From Aeriscardovia sp. (GTDB lineage Bacteria; Actinomycetota; Actinomycetes; Actinomycetales; Bifidobacteriaceae), in contig JAFYJT010000023.1 in NCBI GenBank assembly GCA_017537945.1, forward strand, positions 1 to 51,975: DNA of 51,975 bases. The letters are read 5' to 3'. This document shows, in pieces, positions 1 through 8,324 of this stretch (the first letter of the stretch is position 1; each line of letters begins with the position of its first letter). The notes beneath the pieces were generated by a model. That model was not told the origin of the DNA. It saw only the letters and a list, made by a program, of their open reading frames with translations, and made no database searches. The translations under genes were made by a program, and so were the position numbers.

Positions 1-542
1 GGGTTGGGGCTTTGGGGCCGCGGGGGGATTCGCTTCCGGACGGCATCCAGATCAATCCTTTCTTGCATGCTAAAAATTTTATCTTTTCCAAAAGGGGCGA
101 TCCTGAAAGGCGCCCGGTAAGATCCGGCAATTTATAAATCATGTTCCAAGCAAAAACGAGCGGCTGGCAAATTTCCAGAACAAGTTGCTCCCCCCAGGTA
201 TGCTTTGAATTGGCCCCGTTTCCTGCCCCTCGATTTTTAGGATTCTTTTTGGCGGGATCCCTAGCGCCTGTTTCCGCTTCCTGGGATCCGGCTTCCCGCC
301 AACAGCGGAGGCAGATTGGCATTTATCAGTTCCTGAATTGAAAAGACTTGGAAAAACCGGCATCGGGCGCGGGCGCCCTGCAGGATGCAGAGCCCCGCAA
401 AAATACACGGAACTTTTAGGGCGGAAGGGAAATAGGGATTTAAACGGGGAAAGCTCCCAAAGGATCAGCATGCCTTCGATCCGGCGGGATTTTCGGCCTC
501 GGGGGCATTTGAAGCCCCCTCCATTCGCTCTAAGGAGGAATA

Positions 543-974
543 ATGAACGAAGAAGAAATGCAGGAAATAATGCAGATCAGGCTGCAGCGGCAGGATCAAG
601 AAACAAAGTCGGCGCACAAAGAACGCCTGGAAGCCATAAAAGGGAAGCTGGATGAGGTGGAAAAATATCTGAACGCGGCTTCCAAAACGGAAAAAGACGC
701 TTCGGCCTTGGAGGCGCGCCTGAATCTCACGCGCGAAGAACGCATGCTGACGCCCGAAGAAGAGGGGTATAAGGCAGCCTTAAAGGAAGAAAGGAAGGAG
801 TCCATCGGGGGGCTCGAAAGGGTGGAGAGGGATTTGGAAGAAGTGGAAAAGGATCTGAAGGCCATGCCTGAAGAAGCAAACTATAGGGCAAAGCTGAAAG
901 AGTGCCGGAAGCGGGCCGGGAAGTACCTAAATGAAGTAGCGCGCCTAAAGAGGGGGGAAAACGGGTCCTGCTAG
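543..974 (+). CDS. hypothetical highly charged coiled-coil protein (143 aa)
   Basis: ATG sits 4 nt after AAGGAGG. The ORF is E/K/R-rich with a heptad-like character. No family recognised. Confidence 0.55.
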   Translation: MNEEEMQEIMQIRLQRQDQETKSAHKERLEAIKGKLDEVEKYLNAASKTEKDASALEARLNLTREERMLTPEEEGYKAALKEERKESIGGLERVERDLEEVEKDLKAMPEEANYRAKLKECRKRAGKYLNEVARLKRGENGSC

Positions 975-1155
975 GGCTCAAGCCCGCATGGCCGAACGCG
1001 CATGTATGCCCAAAATCTGGAGAATGCGGGTAAAGTTTTGGTTAAATTTTCGTAAAACAAGCCGAAAACGGGGCCTCAAATTCTTGCAAAGGGTATTGAA
1101 GAACCCCGGCGGGGGAAAATCTGCAGGGCTTAATTGGCTCTCCTCCCCCAGGGGC

Positions 1156-2082
1156 TTAAATCCGGGACTTTTTCTTTCGATCGCGGTTTTGCCTTTCTTT
1201 TTCCTTTTCCGTGGCAAAAGACAGCAGTTCCAAGGCCCTCTTCCTGCTTCTTCCCCGCTTGGCAAGGTAAAAGAAAAGCCCGGCGCCCAAAAGCGCGCAG
1301 ATTATAGCGGCCCAGGTATTGATCCTAAGGCCCAGAAAGTAAAGCGAGGAATTTATCCTTATTTCCTCTATCCCGGCCCTGCCGGCCCCGTAGTACATAA
1401 GGTAAAGGCAGAAAATCTGCCCGCTTTTCAGGGAGTTTTGGAAGCGGTTCCCAAAGACAGTCAGAAGGACCGCGCCCACGAGGCACAAAATTATAGAGTA
1501 GAGGAAGGTGGGCTGAAAGAGGTGCGTCTGGGGGTTTGGGCACGGCAGGTCCGTATAGCAAGTCTCAAACTTCCCTATCGCATCGGCGGAATTGAGTTTC
1601 AAGCCTATAGGCCAAGTGGTGGGCAAACCGTAAAGCTCCTGATTGAACCAATTTCCAAGCCTTCCAAAAGCCTGGGCCACCAGGATGGCAGGGGCCGCCG
1701 CGTCGGCTAAAAGGAGGGAAGGGATTTTCTTGAGCTTCCCCGTCACGGCCACCGCGATCGCCCCCCCTATAAGGGAACCGAAAATGGCCATCCCCCCATG
1801 CCACACCTTCAAAATGTTGATGGGAGAGCCCGTAGGCGGAAAGTAGTCCCAAGGCACCGTCAGGCAGTTGTAAATCCTTGCCGCTATCAGGCCGCAGGGC
1901 ACCGCGGCCAAGGCGAAATCCAAAACCTGGTCAAACGTCCCACCCCACCTTTTCCACCTTCGGGTCAGTATCAGCACTGCAAAGATTATGGCGCAGAGCA
2001 TAGTGATGGCGTAAAAGTGGATTGTCAGCGGGCCCAGTTTGAAAAAGGAGACGGTAGGGGAGGGAATGGCGGCCTCCGGCAT
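1156..2082 (-). CDS. lgt: prolipoprotein diacylglyceryl transferase
   Basis: Polytopic protein with HGGMAIFGSLIGG and RLGNWFNQELYG motifs typical of Lgt. Start set to ATG 2082 behind GGGGGGAG. The ORF is open to TTG 2100. Confidence 0.9.
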   Translation of the reverse strand: MPEAAIPSPTVSFFKLGPLTIHFYAITMLCAIIFAVLILTRRWKRWGGTFDQVLDFALAAVPCGLIAARIYNCLTVPWDYFPPTGSPINILKVWHGGMAIFGSLIGGAIAVAVTGKLKKIPSLLLADAAAPAILVAQAFGRLGNWFNQELYGLPTTWPIGLKLNSADAIGKFETCYTDLPCPNPQTHLFQPTFLYSIILCLVGAVLLTVFGNRFQNSLKSGQIFCLYLMYYGAGRAGIEEIRINSSLYFLGLRINTWAAIICALLGAGLFFYLAKRGRSRKRALELLSFATEKEKERQNRDRKKKSRI

Positions 2083-2136
2083 GCTGCTCCCCCCTTTCAA
2101 AGGCTCCCCCTTTAAGGATGCGGCTTTTCCTTCAGC

Positions 2137-3006
2137 CTACAGGAAAAGGATTAAAAGGAAGTAAATGAAAGGGGCCGCCATGAGGATGCTGTCGGTCCTG
2201 TCCAAAACCCCCCCGTGGCCCCTGATGATGTTCCCGTAATCCTTTATGCCCACGTCCCTCTTTATAACGGAAGCGCAAAGATCTCCTACGGTCCCGGCCA
2301 AAGCGCCGCAAAGGCCTACTACTATGGCTTTCCACCAGTCATGGGCGAAAGTGGATCGGAAGAAGATGATCCAAAATATCATTTCCCCTATTATGCAGAA
2401 GGCTATGCTCCCGGCCAAACCTTCATAGGACTTTTTAGGCGAAAGGCGCGGGGTCATTTTATGCCTCCCAAGGGTGGCGCCTACAGTAAGGCCCCCGATA
2501 TCGCTCAAGGCGGGGAGGAAAATCACCATAAACTCCATCCCGTGTTCCGTGCTGTAGGGGATGAGGGAAGTGTGGTAGGCCAGGGGAAGCACCAGGAAGG
2601 AGGAAAGAAGGAGCAGGTAGAGCCCCACAAAAAGTGAGGCGCAGGCATTCCTAAGCCTGTTTACTGGCCTGTTGAGATTGCTCTCCTCTTCGTCGGGGGG
2701 AGCCATGGCGCCCCGAAGGGCGATAAGCGCCAGGCAGGAAAAAAGGGAAACCCCGAGGGCGCAAAGATGCCGGGGGAAAAGGTAGGTGCAGCAAAAAACT
2801 ATGGCGGCGCAGAAGGCGGTGGTGACGGCGGGGATTTTAATCCCTATCAGCCTGCAGGCCCTGAAAAGCTCCACCAGGGCAAGGATGACGAAAATGTAGA
2901 TAAACCAGATAAACGCAAAGGGGGGCAGGAGGAACAGGCAAGTCATTATGATTCCCGCCAGGACGAAGCCGACCACTATAGCGGTAGCAAGCTTTCTTCC
3001 CTTCAT
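2137..3006 (-). CDS. cdsA: phosphatidate cytidylyltransferase
   Basis: Multi-TM protein with the C-terminal signature SVIKRDVGIKDYGNIIRGHGGVLDRTDS. Sits after frr, as in the conserved rpsB-tsf-pyrH-frr-cdsA block. Confidence 0.9.
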   Translation of the reverse strand: MKGRKLATAIVVGFVLAGIIMTCLFLLPPFAFIWFIYIFVILALVELFRACRLIGIKIPAVTTAFCAAIVFCCTYLFPRHLCALGVSLFSCLALIALRGAMAPPDEEESNLNRPVNRLRNACASLFVGLYLLLLSSFLVLPLAYHTSLIPYSTEHGMEFMVIFLPALSDIGGLTVGATLGRHKMTPRLSPKKSYEGLAGSIAFCIIGEMIFWIIFFRSTFAHDWWKAIVVGLCGALAGTVGDLCASVIKRDVGIKDYGNIIRGHGGVLDRTDSILMAAPFIYFLLILFL

Positions 3007-3022
3007 CAGCCACCCTTGAAAA

Positions 3023-3577
3023 TCAGACGGTGAGGATTTCCCTTTCCTTCACTTCCGCCATGGAATCTATCTCGTCGGTAAATTTTTTCGTAAGCTTGTC
3101 GAGATCGGAAAAAATCTGCTCCTCTTCGTCTTCCGTCAGTTCCCCTCCCTTTGCTTCGGCTTCGGCTTCTTCGCGGGCCTTCCTGCGGATGTTTCTAACG
3201 GCGATCTTGGCGTCTTCGGCCTTCTTTTTGGCCATCTTGACGTATTCTTTACGCCTTTCTTCGGTAAGCGCCGGAAGGACCACCCTTATCACGTTCCCGT
3301 CCCTGGAAGGGTTGATCCCCAGATCGCTGTCCCTGAGGGCCTTCTCCACGGCGCTTACTTGGGACACGTCAAACGGAGCTATCGCCAGGGACCGCGCGTC
3401 GGGGGCGGTGATGGAAGACAGATTTTTAAGAGGCGTGGGCGCTCCGTAATAATTTACTACAATCCCCTCCAACAAAGCCGGATTGGACCTGCCGGTGCGA
3501 ATTGAAAGGAAGGCTTCTTTAAGGGAATCCAAGGACTTGCCCATGAGGGCTTTCGGCTCGCTCAAACTCTTATCCAT
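3023..3577 (-). CDS. frr: ribosome recycling factor
   Basis: SIRTGRSNPALLEGIVVNYYG and a charged C-terminal helix. Start set to ATG 3577 (184 aa). The ORF is open to TTG 3619. Confidence 0.9.
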   Translation of the reverse strand: MDKSLSEPKALMGKSLDSLKEAFLSIRTGRSNPALLEGIVVNYYGAPTPLKNLSSITAPDARSLAIAPFDVSQVSAVEKALRDSDLGINPSRDGNVIRVVLPALTEERRKEYVKMAKKKAEDAKIAVRNIRRKAREEAEAEAKGGELTEDEEEQIFSDLDKLTKKFTDEIDSMAEVKEREILTV

Positions 3578-3654
3578 ATTCTTGCTTTCTGTATCCGTTT
3601 GTGTGGAGGTTCGCCTCAATTCTATATCAAAAGGCCGCCGCCCCCGCAGGGGGC

Positions 3655-4377
3655 CTAGGCCATGGAAGTCTCGCAGTCAGTCACGAGGGTGCCCAATTTT
3701 TCCCCCGAAAGGACCCTTTCCACCGAGTTGGGGGCGTCAATGCCAAATACCCTTATGGGCATAGCGTTGTCCCGGGCCAGGGAAAGTGCGGAAGTATCCA
3801 TGACGCCGAGGTTGTCTACGAGGGCTTTTTGATAAGAAAGGGTGGAAAACTTGCGCGCGCCGCTGTCTTTTCTCGGATCGGAAGTGTAGACGCCGTCCAC
3901 GCCGTTTTTGCCCATCATAACTTCCTGGCATCCCAGTTCCAGCGCCCTTTGTATGGCTACGGTGTCAGTGGAAAAGTAGGGAAGCCCGGCTCCGGCGCCT
4001 AAGATTACGACCCTGCCTTTTTCCAGATGCCTTATCGCCCTGAGGGGGACATAGGGCTCGGCTATCTGAATCATTGTGATTGCGCTTTGCACCCTCACTA
4101 CCTGCCCCTCCTGCTCCAAAAAGTCGGCCAGGGCCAGGCAGTTCATCATAGTGCCCAGCATTCCTATATAGTCGGCCCTGGATCTGTCGAAGCCGGCATC
4201 GGAAAGTTCTTTCCCCCTGAAGAAATTGCCTCCTCCCGCCACGATTGCAATCTCTATCCCTTTCTGGCAGGCGCTCTTCACCTCCTTGGCAAGGGAGCGA
4301 AGCACTTTGACGTCTATTCCGACTTTCCCTCCGCCTAGGGACTCTCCTGAAAGCTTTAAAAGCACCCGCTTAGGCAC
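3655..4377 (-). CDS. pyrH: UMP kinase
   Basis: KRVLLKLSGE, VAGGGNFFRG and a GAGAGLPYFSTDT-type amino-acid kinase fold. GTG start 6 nt after AGGAGG. Confidence 0.95.
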   Translation of the reverse strand: MPKRVLLKLSGESLGGGKVGIDVKVLRSLAKEVKSACQKGIEIAIVAGGGNFFRGKELSDAGFDRSRADYIGMLGTMMNCLALADFLEQEGQVVRVQSAITMIQIAEPYVPLRAIRHLEKGRVVILGAGAGLPYFSTDTVAIQRALELGCQEVMMGKNGVDGVYTSDPRKDSGARKFSTLSYQKALVDNLGVMDTSALSLARDNAMPIRVFGIDAPNSVERVLSGEKLGTLVTDCETSMA

Positions 4378-4424
4378 TCGGCCCCTCCTAACTAAAAAAA
4401 TGGGGGGAAATCCCCCCAGCCGTT

Positions 4425-5297
4425 TTATTCTTCGGCTTCCTGGCTCTCTTCTTCGCCCTTTCCTACTTCTATCCTCAGAAAGGCCGTAATATCCCCTCCG
4501 GCTTCTTTGACAAGCTGGCCTACCGTTTTGGAAGGGTCCTTTACGAACTTCTGATCCAGAAGGACCGTTTCTTCGAAGAAGGACTTGATCCTGCCCTGCA
4601 CGATCTTGCCTATTATCGCTTCCTTCTTGCCTTCCTGCTTCGCTTTGCCCTCCGCAATCCTGCTTTCGCTTTCTATGACGTCCGCCGGAACGTCTTCCTC
4701 GCTAAGCCAGAAGGGGGACATGGCCGAAACCTGCAGGGCCACGTCGTGGGCCACCTTCCCGCCCTTCTCGTCGCTGGCCACCAGGGCCACTATGGAGGGG
4801 GGGAACTCTGCAGACTTTTTATGGGCGTAGAGGTTGACTTCTTCTCCCTCGATTCTGCCCACCTGGCCCAGCTTTATATTCTCCTTGAAAAGGGCGGCCG
4901 CGGAATCGATTATTTCCTTTACCGATTCGTCCTTTCCCTTGGCTTCAAGAAGGGAGACCCGGTCCGAAGCCTTGATCTCTACGGCTATCTCCAGGAGCTT
5001 TTCCGCATAGGAAAGGAATTGGGGGGTCTTGGCCACAAAATCGGTCTCCGTATTGAGCTCGATTGCATAGCCCGCCCTCTTTCCCCCTTCTTCTACAATC
5101 TTGGCGATGGCAAGCCCTTCCTGGGCCTTCCTCCCCTCTCTCTTTCCTGCCGCCTGGACGCCTTTTTCCCTAAGGATTTCCTTTGCCCTGTCTACGTCGC
5201 CGTCGGCTTCTTCCAGGGCCTTTTTTACGTCTATCATTCCGGCCCCGGTGTCGGAACGGACTTTCTTTATAAGATCCAAAGATATCTTTTTAGCCAT
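4425..5297 (-). CDS. tsf: translation elongation factor Ts
   Basis: N-terminal UBA-like LIKKVRSDTGAGMIDVKKALEE and the dimerisation core. Immediately downstream of rpsB. Confidence 0.95.
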   Translation of the reverse strand: MAKKISLDLIKKVRSDTGAGMIDVKKALEEADGDVDRAKEILREKGVQAAGKREGRKAQEGLAIAKIVEEGGKRAGYAIELNTETDFVAKTPQFLSYAEKLLEIAVEIKASDRVSLLEAKGKDESVKEIIDSAAALFKENIKLGQVGRIEGEEVNLYAHKKSAEFPPSIVALVASDEKGGKVAHDVALQVSAMSPFWLSEEDVPADVIESESRIAEGKAKQEGKKEAIIGKIVQGRIKSFFEETVLLDQKFVKDPSKTVGQLVKEAGGDITAFLRIEVGKGEEESQEAEE

Positions 5298-5303
5298 ATG
5301 AAC

Positions 5304-6086
5304 CTACTTAGTTTCCTGTCCCTCGAGAAGCTCTGTTTCCCACTCGGCCATGGGTTGCGCCGCCCCTGCCCTTTCCGAATTTTTGGCGCGGCCCGCCTGG
5401 AGCAGACCTTCCGCCACGGCGTCGGCCATCAGGGTGGTTAGGAGCGTGATGCTGCTTATCGAGTCGTCGTTGGCGGGAATTGGGTAATCGATCTTGTCCG
5501 GATCGGAATTGGTGTCGGCAAGGGCTACCACGGGGATATGAAGCTTCCTGGCCTCGTCCACGGCAAGGGCTTCCTTGTTGGTGTCGATGACGAAAAGGGC
5601 CTGGGGGAGGCGGTTCATATCCCTGATGCCCCCCAGTTCCTTCACGAGCTTGACTTTCTCCCTCTCGAGGAGGAGGAGCTCTTTTTTGGTGAGCCCGGAG
5701 GCGCGCAACTCGTCAAAGTCCATGTCCTCTAGCTCTTTCATCCGCGCCACCCTCTTGCTGACGGTTTGGAAATTGGTTAGCATCCCCCCCAGCCAGCGGT
5801 GGGAGACGTAAGGCATGCCCACCCTGGAGGCCTGCCTTTCCACCACTTCGGCAGACTGCTTTTTGGTGCCCACAAAAAGCACCACGCCCCCTCGGGAGGC
5901 GACTTTCTTTAGAAAGGCGTAGGCCTGGTTTATCCCGTCTATGGTTTTGAAGATGTTAATTATGTTGATGCCGCCCTCCTGCATGAGGATATAGGGCTTC
6001 ATCTTGGGGTTCCACCTGGAAGTCTGGTGCCCGAACTGGACCCCGGCCTCCAAGAGCTGGGTGGCAGTGACTTTTACCTCTGCCAT
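5304..6086 (-). CDS. rpsB: 30S ribosomal protein S2
   Basis: [19 protein letters not shown] and the rest of the S2 sequence. Start set to ATG 6086, 4 nt after AGGAGG. The ORF is open to 6122. Confidence 0.95.
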   Translation of the reverse strand: MAEVKVTATQLLEAGVQFGHQTSRWNPKMKPYILMQEGGINIINIFKTIDGINQAYAFLKKVASRGGVVLFVGTKKQSAEVVERQASRVGMPYVSHRWLGGMLTNFQTVSKRVARMKELEDMDFDELRASGLTKKELLLLEREKVKLVKELGGIRDMNRLPQALFVIDTNKEALAVDEARKLHIPVVALADTNSDPDKIDYPIPANDDSISSITLLTTLMADAVAEGLLQAGRAKNSERAGAAQPMAEWETELLEGQETK

Positions 6087-6167
6087 GACTCCTCCTGTTT
6101 CTGTCGGTTTAATCCATGGCATCTAAGCGCGGAAGATCCGACCGACATAGATTGCCGCGCGCCATGG

Positions 6168-6202
6168 AGAAAAAGCTTCTTCCCCCCGCGGCATGGGGGG
6201 AA
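6168..6202 (-). terminator. candidate terminator hairpin downstream of def
   Basis: Minus strand reads TTCCCCCC-ATGCCGC-GGGGGGAA (8-bp stem), then GAAGCTTTTTCT. The U-run is displaced 5 nt, so function is uncertain. Confidence 0.35.
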
Positions 6203-6225
6203 ATTCAATAAGATTTTAGCAAGCG

Positions 6226-6705
6226 CTAGATATTTCGTATGGCCGCCTGGGCTTTGGCCCTTTCCTTGCCTTCCAGGCGGTCTGTAAACAGGTGGCCGTC
6301 AAGGTGGTCGCACTCATGCTGGATCATGCGGGCCATCAGCCCTTTGCCCTCTACCACGACCTTCTTCCCTTCCAGGTTCATTCCCACCGCCCTGGCGAAG
6401 GCGCTCCTCTGAAGCGAGAACCACAGCCCCGGAAGTGACAGGCACCCCTCTTCCCCGTCCTGCTGCCCTGAAAGGTAGGTGATGCGGGGGTTTATTATGT
6501 AGCCTACCTTCCCTCCTACGTTGTAGGAGAAGATGCGCAAAAGCACTCCGACCTGGTTTGCGCTCAACCCTGCCCGCCCCGGATCGTCTACGGTCTCGAG
6601 CATGTCCCTTACCAGATCCCTTATGCTCTCATCCACCCTTTCCACTTCCTGGCATTTTGTGCGCAGGATAGGGTCAGGCACTCTGTTGATAGTTAGCAAA
6701 GCCAA
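6226..6705 (-). CDS. def: peptide deformylase
   Basis: The three PDF motifs are present (GLSANQVG, EGCLSLPG, QHECDHLDG). TTG start 6 nt after AAGGAG. Confidence 0.95.
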   Translation of the reverse strand: MALLTINRVPDPILRTKCQEVERVDESIRDLVRDMLETVDDPGRAGLSANQVGVLLRIFSYNVGGKVGYIINPRITYLSGQQDGEEGCLSLPGLWFSLQRSAFARAVGMNLEGKKVVVEGKGLMARMIQHECDHLDGHLFTDRLEGKERAKAQAAIRNI

Positions 6706-6750
6706 AATTTTCTCCTTGTCCTTTAAACCTGGAACAGTCCGCCCCTCCTA

Positions 6751-6778
6751 TTGTCAAAGAGGAAAAACCCGGTACAAT
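6751..6778 (+). promoter_or_regulatory. sigma-70-type promoter for tRNA-Asn
   Basis: TTGTCA, a 16-nt spacer, then TACAAT. The -10 ends 11 nt before the mature tRNA 5' end. Confidence 0.5.
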
Positions 6779-6789
6779 GGTACATGTAT

Positions 6790-6862
6790 TCCCGCGTAGC
6801 TCAGTTGGCAGAGCGTTCGACTGTTAATCGAAAAGTCGCCGGTTCAAGTCCAGCCGCGGGAG
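6790..6862 (+). tRNA. tRNA-Asn (anticodon GTT)
   Basis: Hand-folded cloverleaf. Acceptor TCCCGCG/CGCGGGA, D arm GCTC-AGTTGGCA-GAGC, anticodon arm TTCGA-CTGTTAA-TCGAA, T arm GCCGG-TTCAAGT-CCAGC (one C-A mismatch). CCA is not encoded. Confidence 0.9.
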
Positions 6863-6867
6863 CGGAT

Positions 6868-6894
6868 CCGCGCTCCGGCGCGGTTTTTGTTTTT
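6868..6894 (+). terminator. rho-independent terminator after tRNA-Asn
   Basis: CCGCGC-TCCG-GCGCGG followed by TTTTTGTTTTT. It abuts the stop codon of the convergent lipoprotein gene. Confidence 0.7.
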
Positions 6895-8220
6895 CTAGAG
6901 GCCGGCCTGGGTTGGGGAGACGAATCCGGTTTCCACCAGCGCCTGTTTAAAGTTATTTTCGTCGATTGTGGTAGCCGGCACGGCCCGAAGGGAAGAAGGG
7001 CTGGATCCTTTTTCTTCTTCCATGCAGGCTGCGGATACCGCAGAAGCCAAGGAGGATCTGTCCACAAACCCGGTCGACCATTCCCTGGCATTGACCACAT
7101 TTTGCAAAGAGGGCAGAAGGGCCCCAAATCCTATCAGGATGGGCCAACTTTGCGCTTCCCTTTCCTTTACCAGCGCCCGGGCCACTTCCTTTTTGGCTTC
7201 GATGCCCATAGGCTGGGCAGGGGCTGGAGGTGCCTGTTTTTTTGCGATATTTTGTTCGCCCCCTTCCGAAAGCGAAGTGTCGGCGTCGGCAACCGTCCCC
7301 TGGTATCCCATATTTTTCAAAATTCCCCCCACTTGCGAGGCTACAAAATCGTTTGAGGCGAGGACTGCCCCGAGGTTTGCGAGCAAGGCAGGGGAGACTT
7401 CCTCATCCAAGGGCGCCAGATAGGAGTTTTCCGTCTCCCTGGCCTGCTTCATTATGTTTCTAACGGCCTCGTCCAGCGAGGCGCCGGAAGCGGCGTCTAC
7501 CATGAGATCCTGCCAATTCCTCCCGTTCCAGGCTGGGTCGTAAATGAGCTTTTTTTCAAAGTAGGGGGAAAGCTGCGACCACATCCCTTCAAAAAGCTCG
7601 TGGCAGTCCTCCACGCTTTGCGGGGAAGAGGGCTGGTAAGGGAGGAGGAGCAGGACCGGGAACGGCGTTATGGGGGTCAGGCGGTAATTTTTTATTTTCT
7701 TTAAGAGCGAGGAAGCCTCCATCTTGCCTATTTCATACATCGAAGGGAGGGGGATTGAAGCCGAAGATCCGGGAAGGGTGGTGACAAAAGGGGATTTTGC
7801 CGAAGAAAGCGCTTCCAAAAGGGGCGGATCGGCGAGGGGGGAAAGGAGGTTTCCGAACTGCTGCCTTAATAGGCCCGGCTTTTGGGCCGGAAAGACAACT
7901 TCTACGGTTCCTTTTTTGGCTTCCTTAACGGCCTTGATCTCCTGCTGCAAATCCACTTTTTCCACGCTTACCTCTTGTGGATCCAGGCCGTCTTTTTCCA
8001 AGGACCCCTTAATGGCCTTAGCCACGCTCTGCCATGTGTTTACGGGGGAAAAGCTGTTTTGCCATGAAGGGATGAAAATGGAAACGGGCTTGTCAGGCTT
8101 AATCGAATGAGCCGAAAGCTGCACATGCGCTTTTGGCTGGCCGCATCCGGCCAAAGCCAAGGCGAGCACGCAGGCTCCAGTCAGTGCTATTCCAGTTTTT
8201 TTTAGCCGTCCGTGAGCCAT
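6895..8220 (-). CDS. putative lipoprotein, possibly type-I periplasmic-binding-protein-like
   Basis: Signal peptide with lipobox LALAGC. Segments such as VLASNDFVASQVGGILKNMGY resemble sugar/LacI-type binding folds. Family not firmly recognised. Confidence 0.65.
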   Translation of the reverse strand: MAHGRLKKTGIALTGACVLALALAGCGQPKAHVQLSAHSIKPDKPVSIFIPSWQNSFSPVNTWQSVAKAIKGSLEKDGLDPQEVSVEKVDLQQEIKAVKEAKKGTVEVVFPAQKPGLLRQQFGNLLSPLADPPLLEALSSAKSPFVTTLPGSSASIPLPSMYEIGKMEASSLLKKIKNYRLTPITPFPVLLLLPYQPSSPQSVEDCHELFEGMWSQLSPYFEKKLIYDPAWNGRNWQDLMVDAASGASLDEAVRNIMKQARETENSYLAPLDEEVSPALLANLGAVLASNDFVASQVGGILKNMGYQGTVADADTSLSEGGEQNIAKKQAPPAPAQPMGIEAKKEVARALVKEREAQSWPILIGFGALLPSLQNVVNAREWSTGFVDRSSLASAVSAACMEEEKGSSPSSLRAVPATTIDENNFKQALVETGFVSPTQAGL

Positions 8221-8324
8221 TCTTATGAAGCTTTCCTCGAAAGATATTAATTTGAGCTCTGCAGGGTCTAATATTATTAGAAATCGAACACTACCTCATC
8301 TTAATGGCTCCGCCGGGAGGTTTA

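Noticed and set aside
1-68. A possible minus-strand gene start (ATG at 68..66, MQERIDLDAVRKRIPPRPQSPN...) leaving the window.
   Set aside because: Only 22 codons are visible and there is no clear SD, so it cannot be supported or identified from this window.
139-471. A 110-aa minus-strand ORF, with overlapping plus-strand ORFs (141..341, 338..655), in the first intergenic region.
   Set aside because: No SD, implausible composition and no recognisable motifs. The region is treated as non-coding.
6751-7356. A 201-aa plus-strand ORF running through tRNA-Asn and its terminator.
   Set aside because: It contains a tRNA gene and a terminator, and it is antisense to the lipoprotein gene. Not coding.
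6790-8220. A genomic island or integration site at tRNA-Asn, and likewise at tRNA-Gly (34127..34525).
   Set aside because: There is no integrase, no direct repeat of the tRNA 3' end and no mobile-element genes. The flanking genes have the host codon style.
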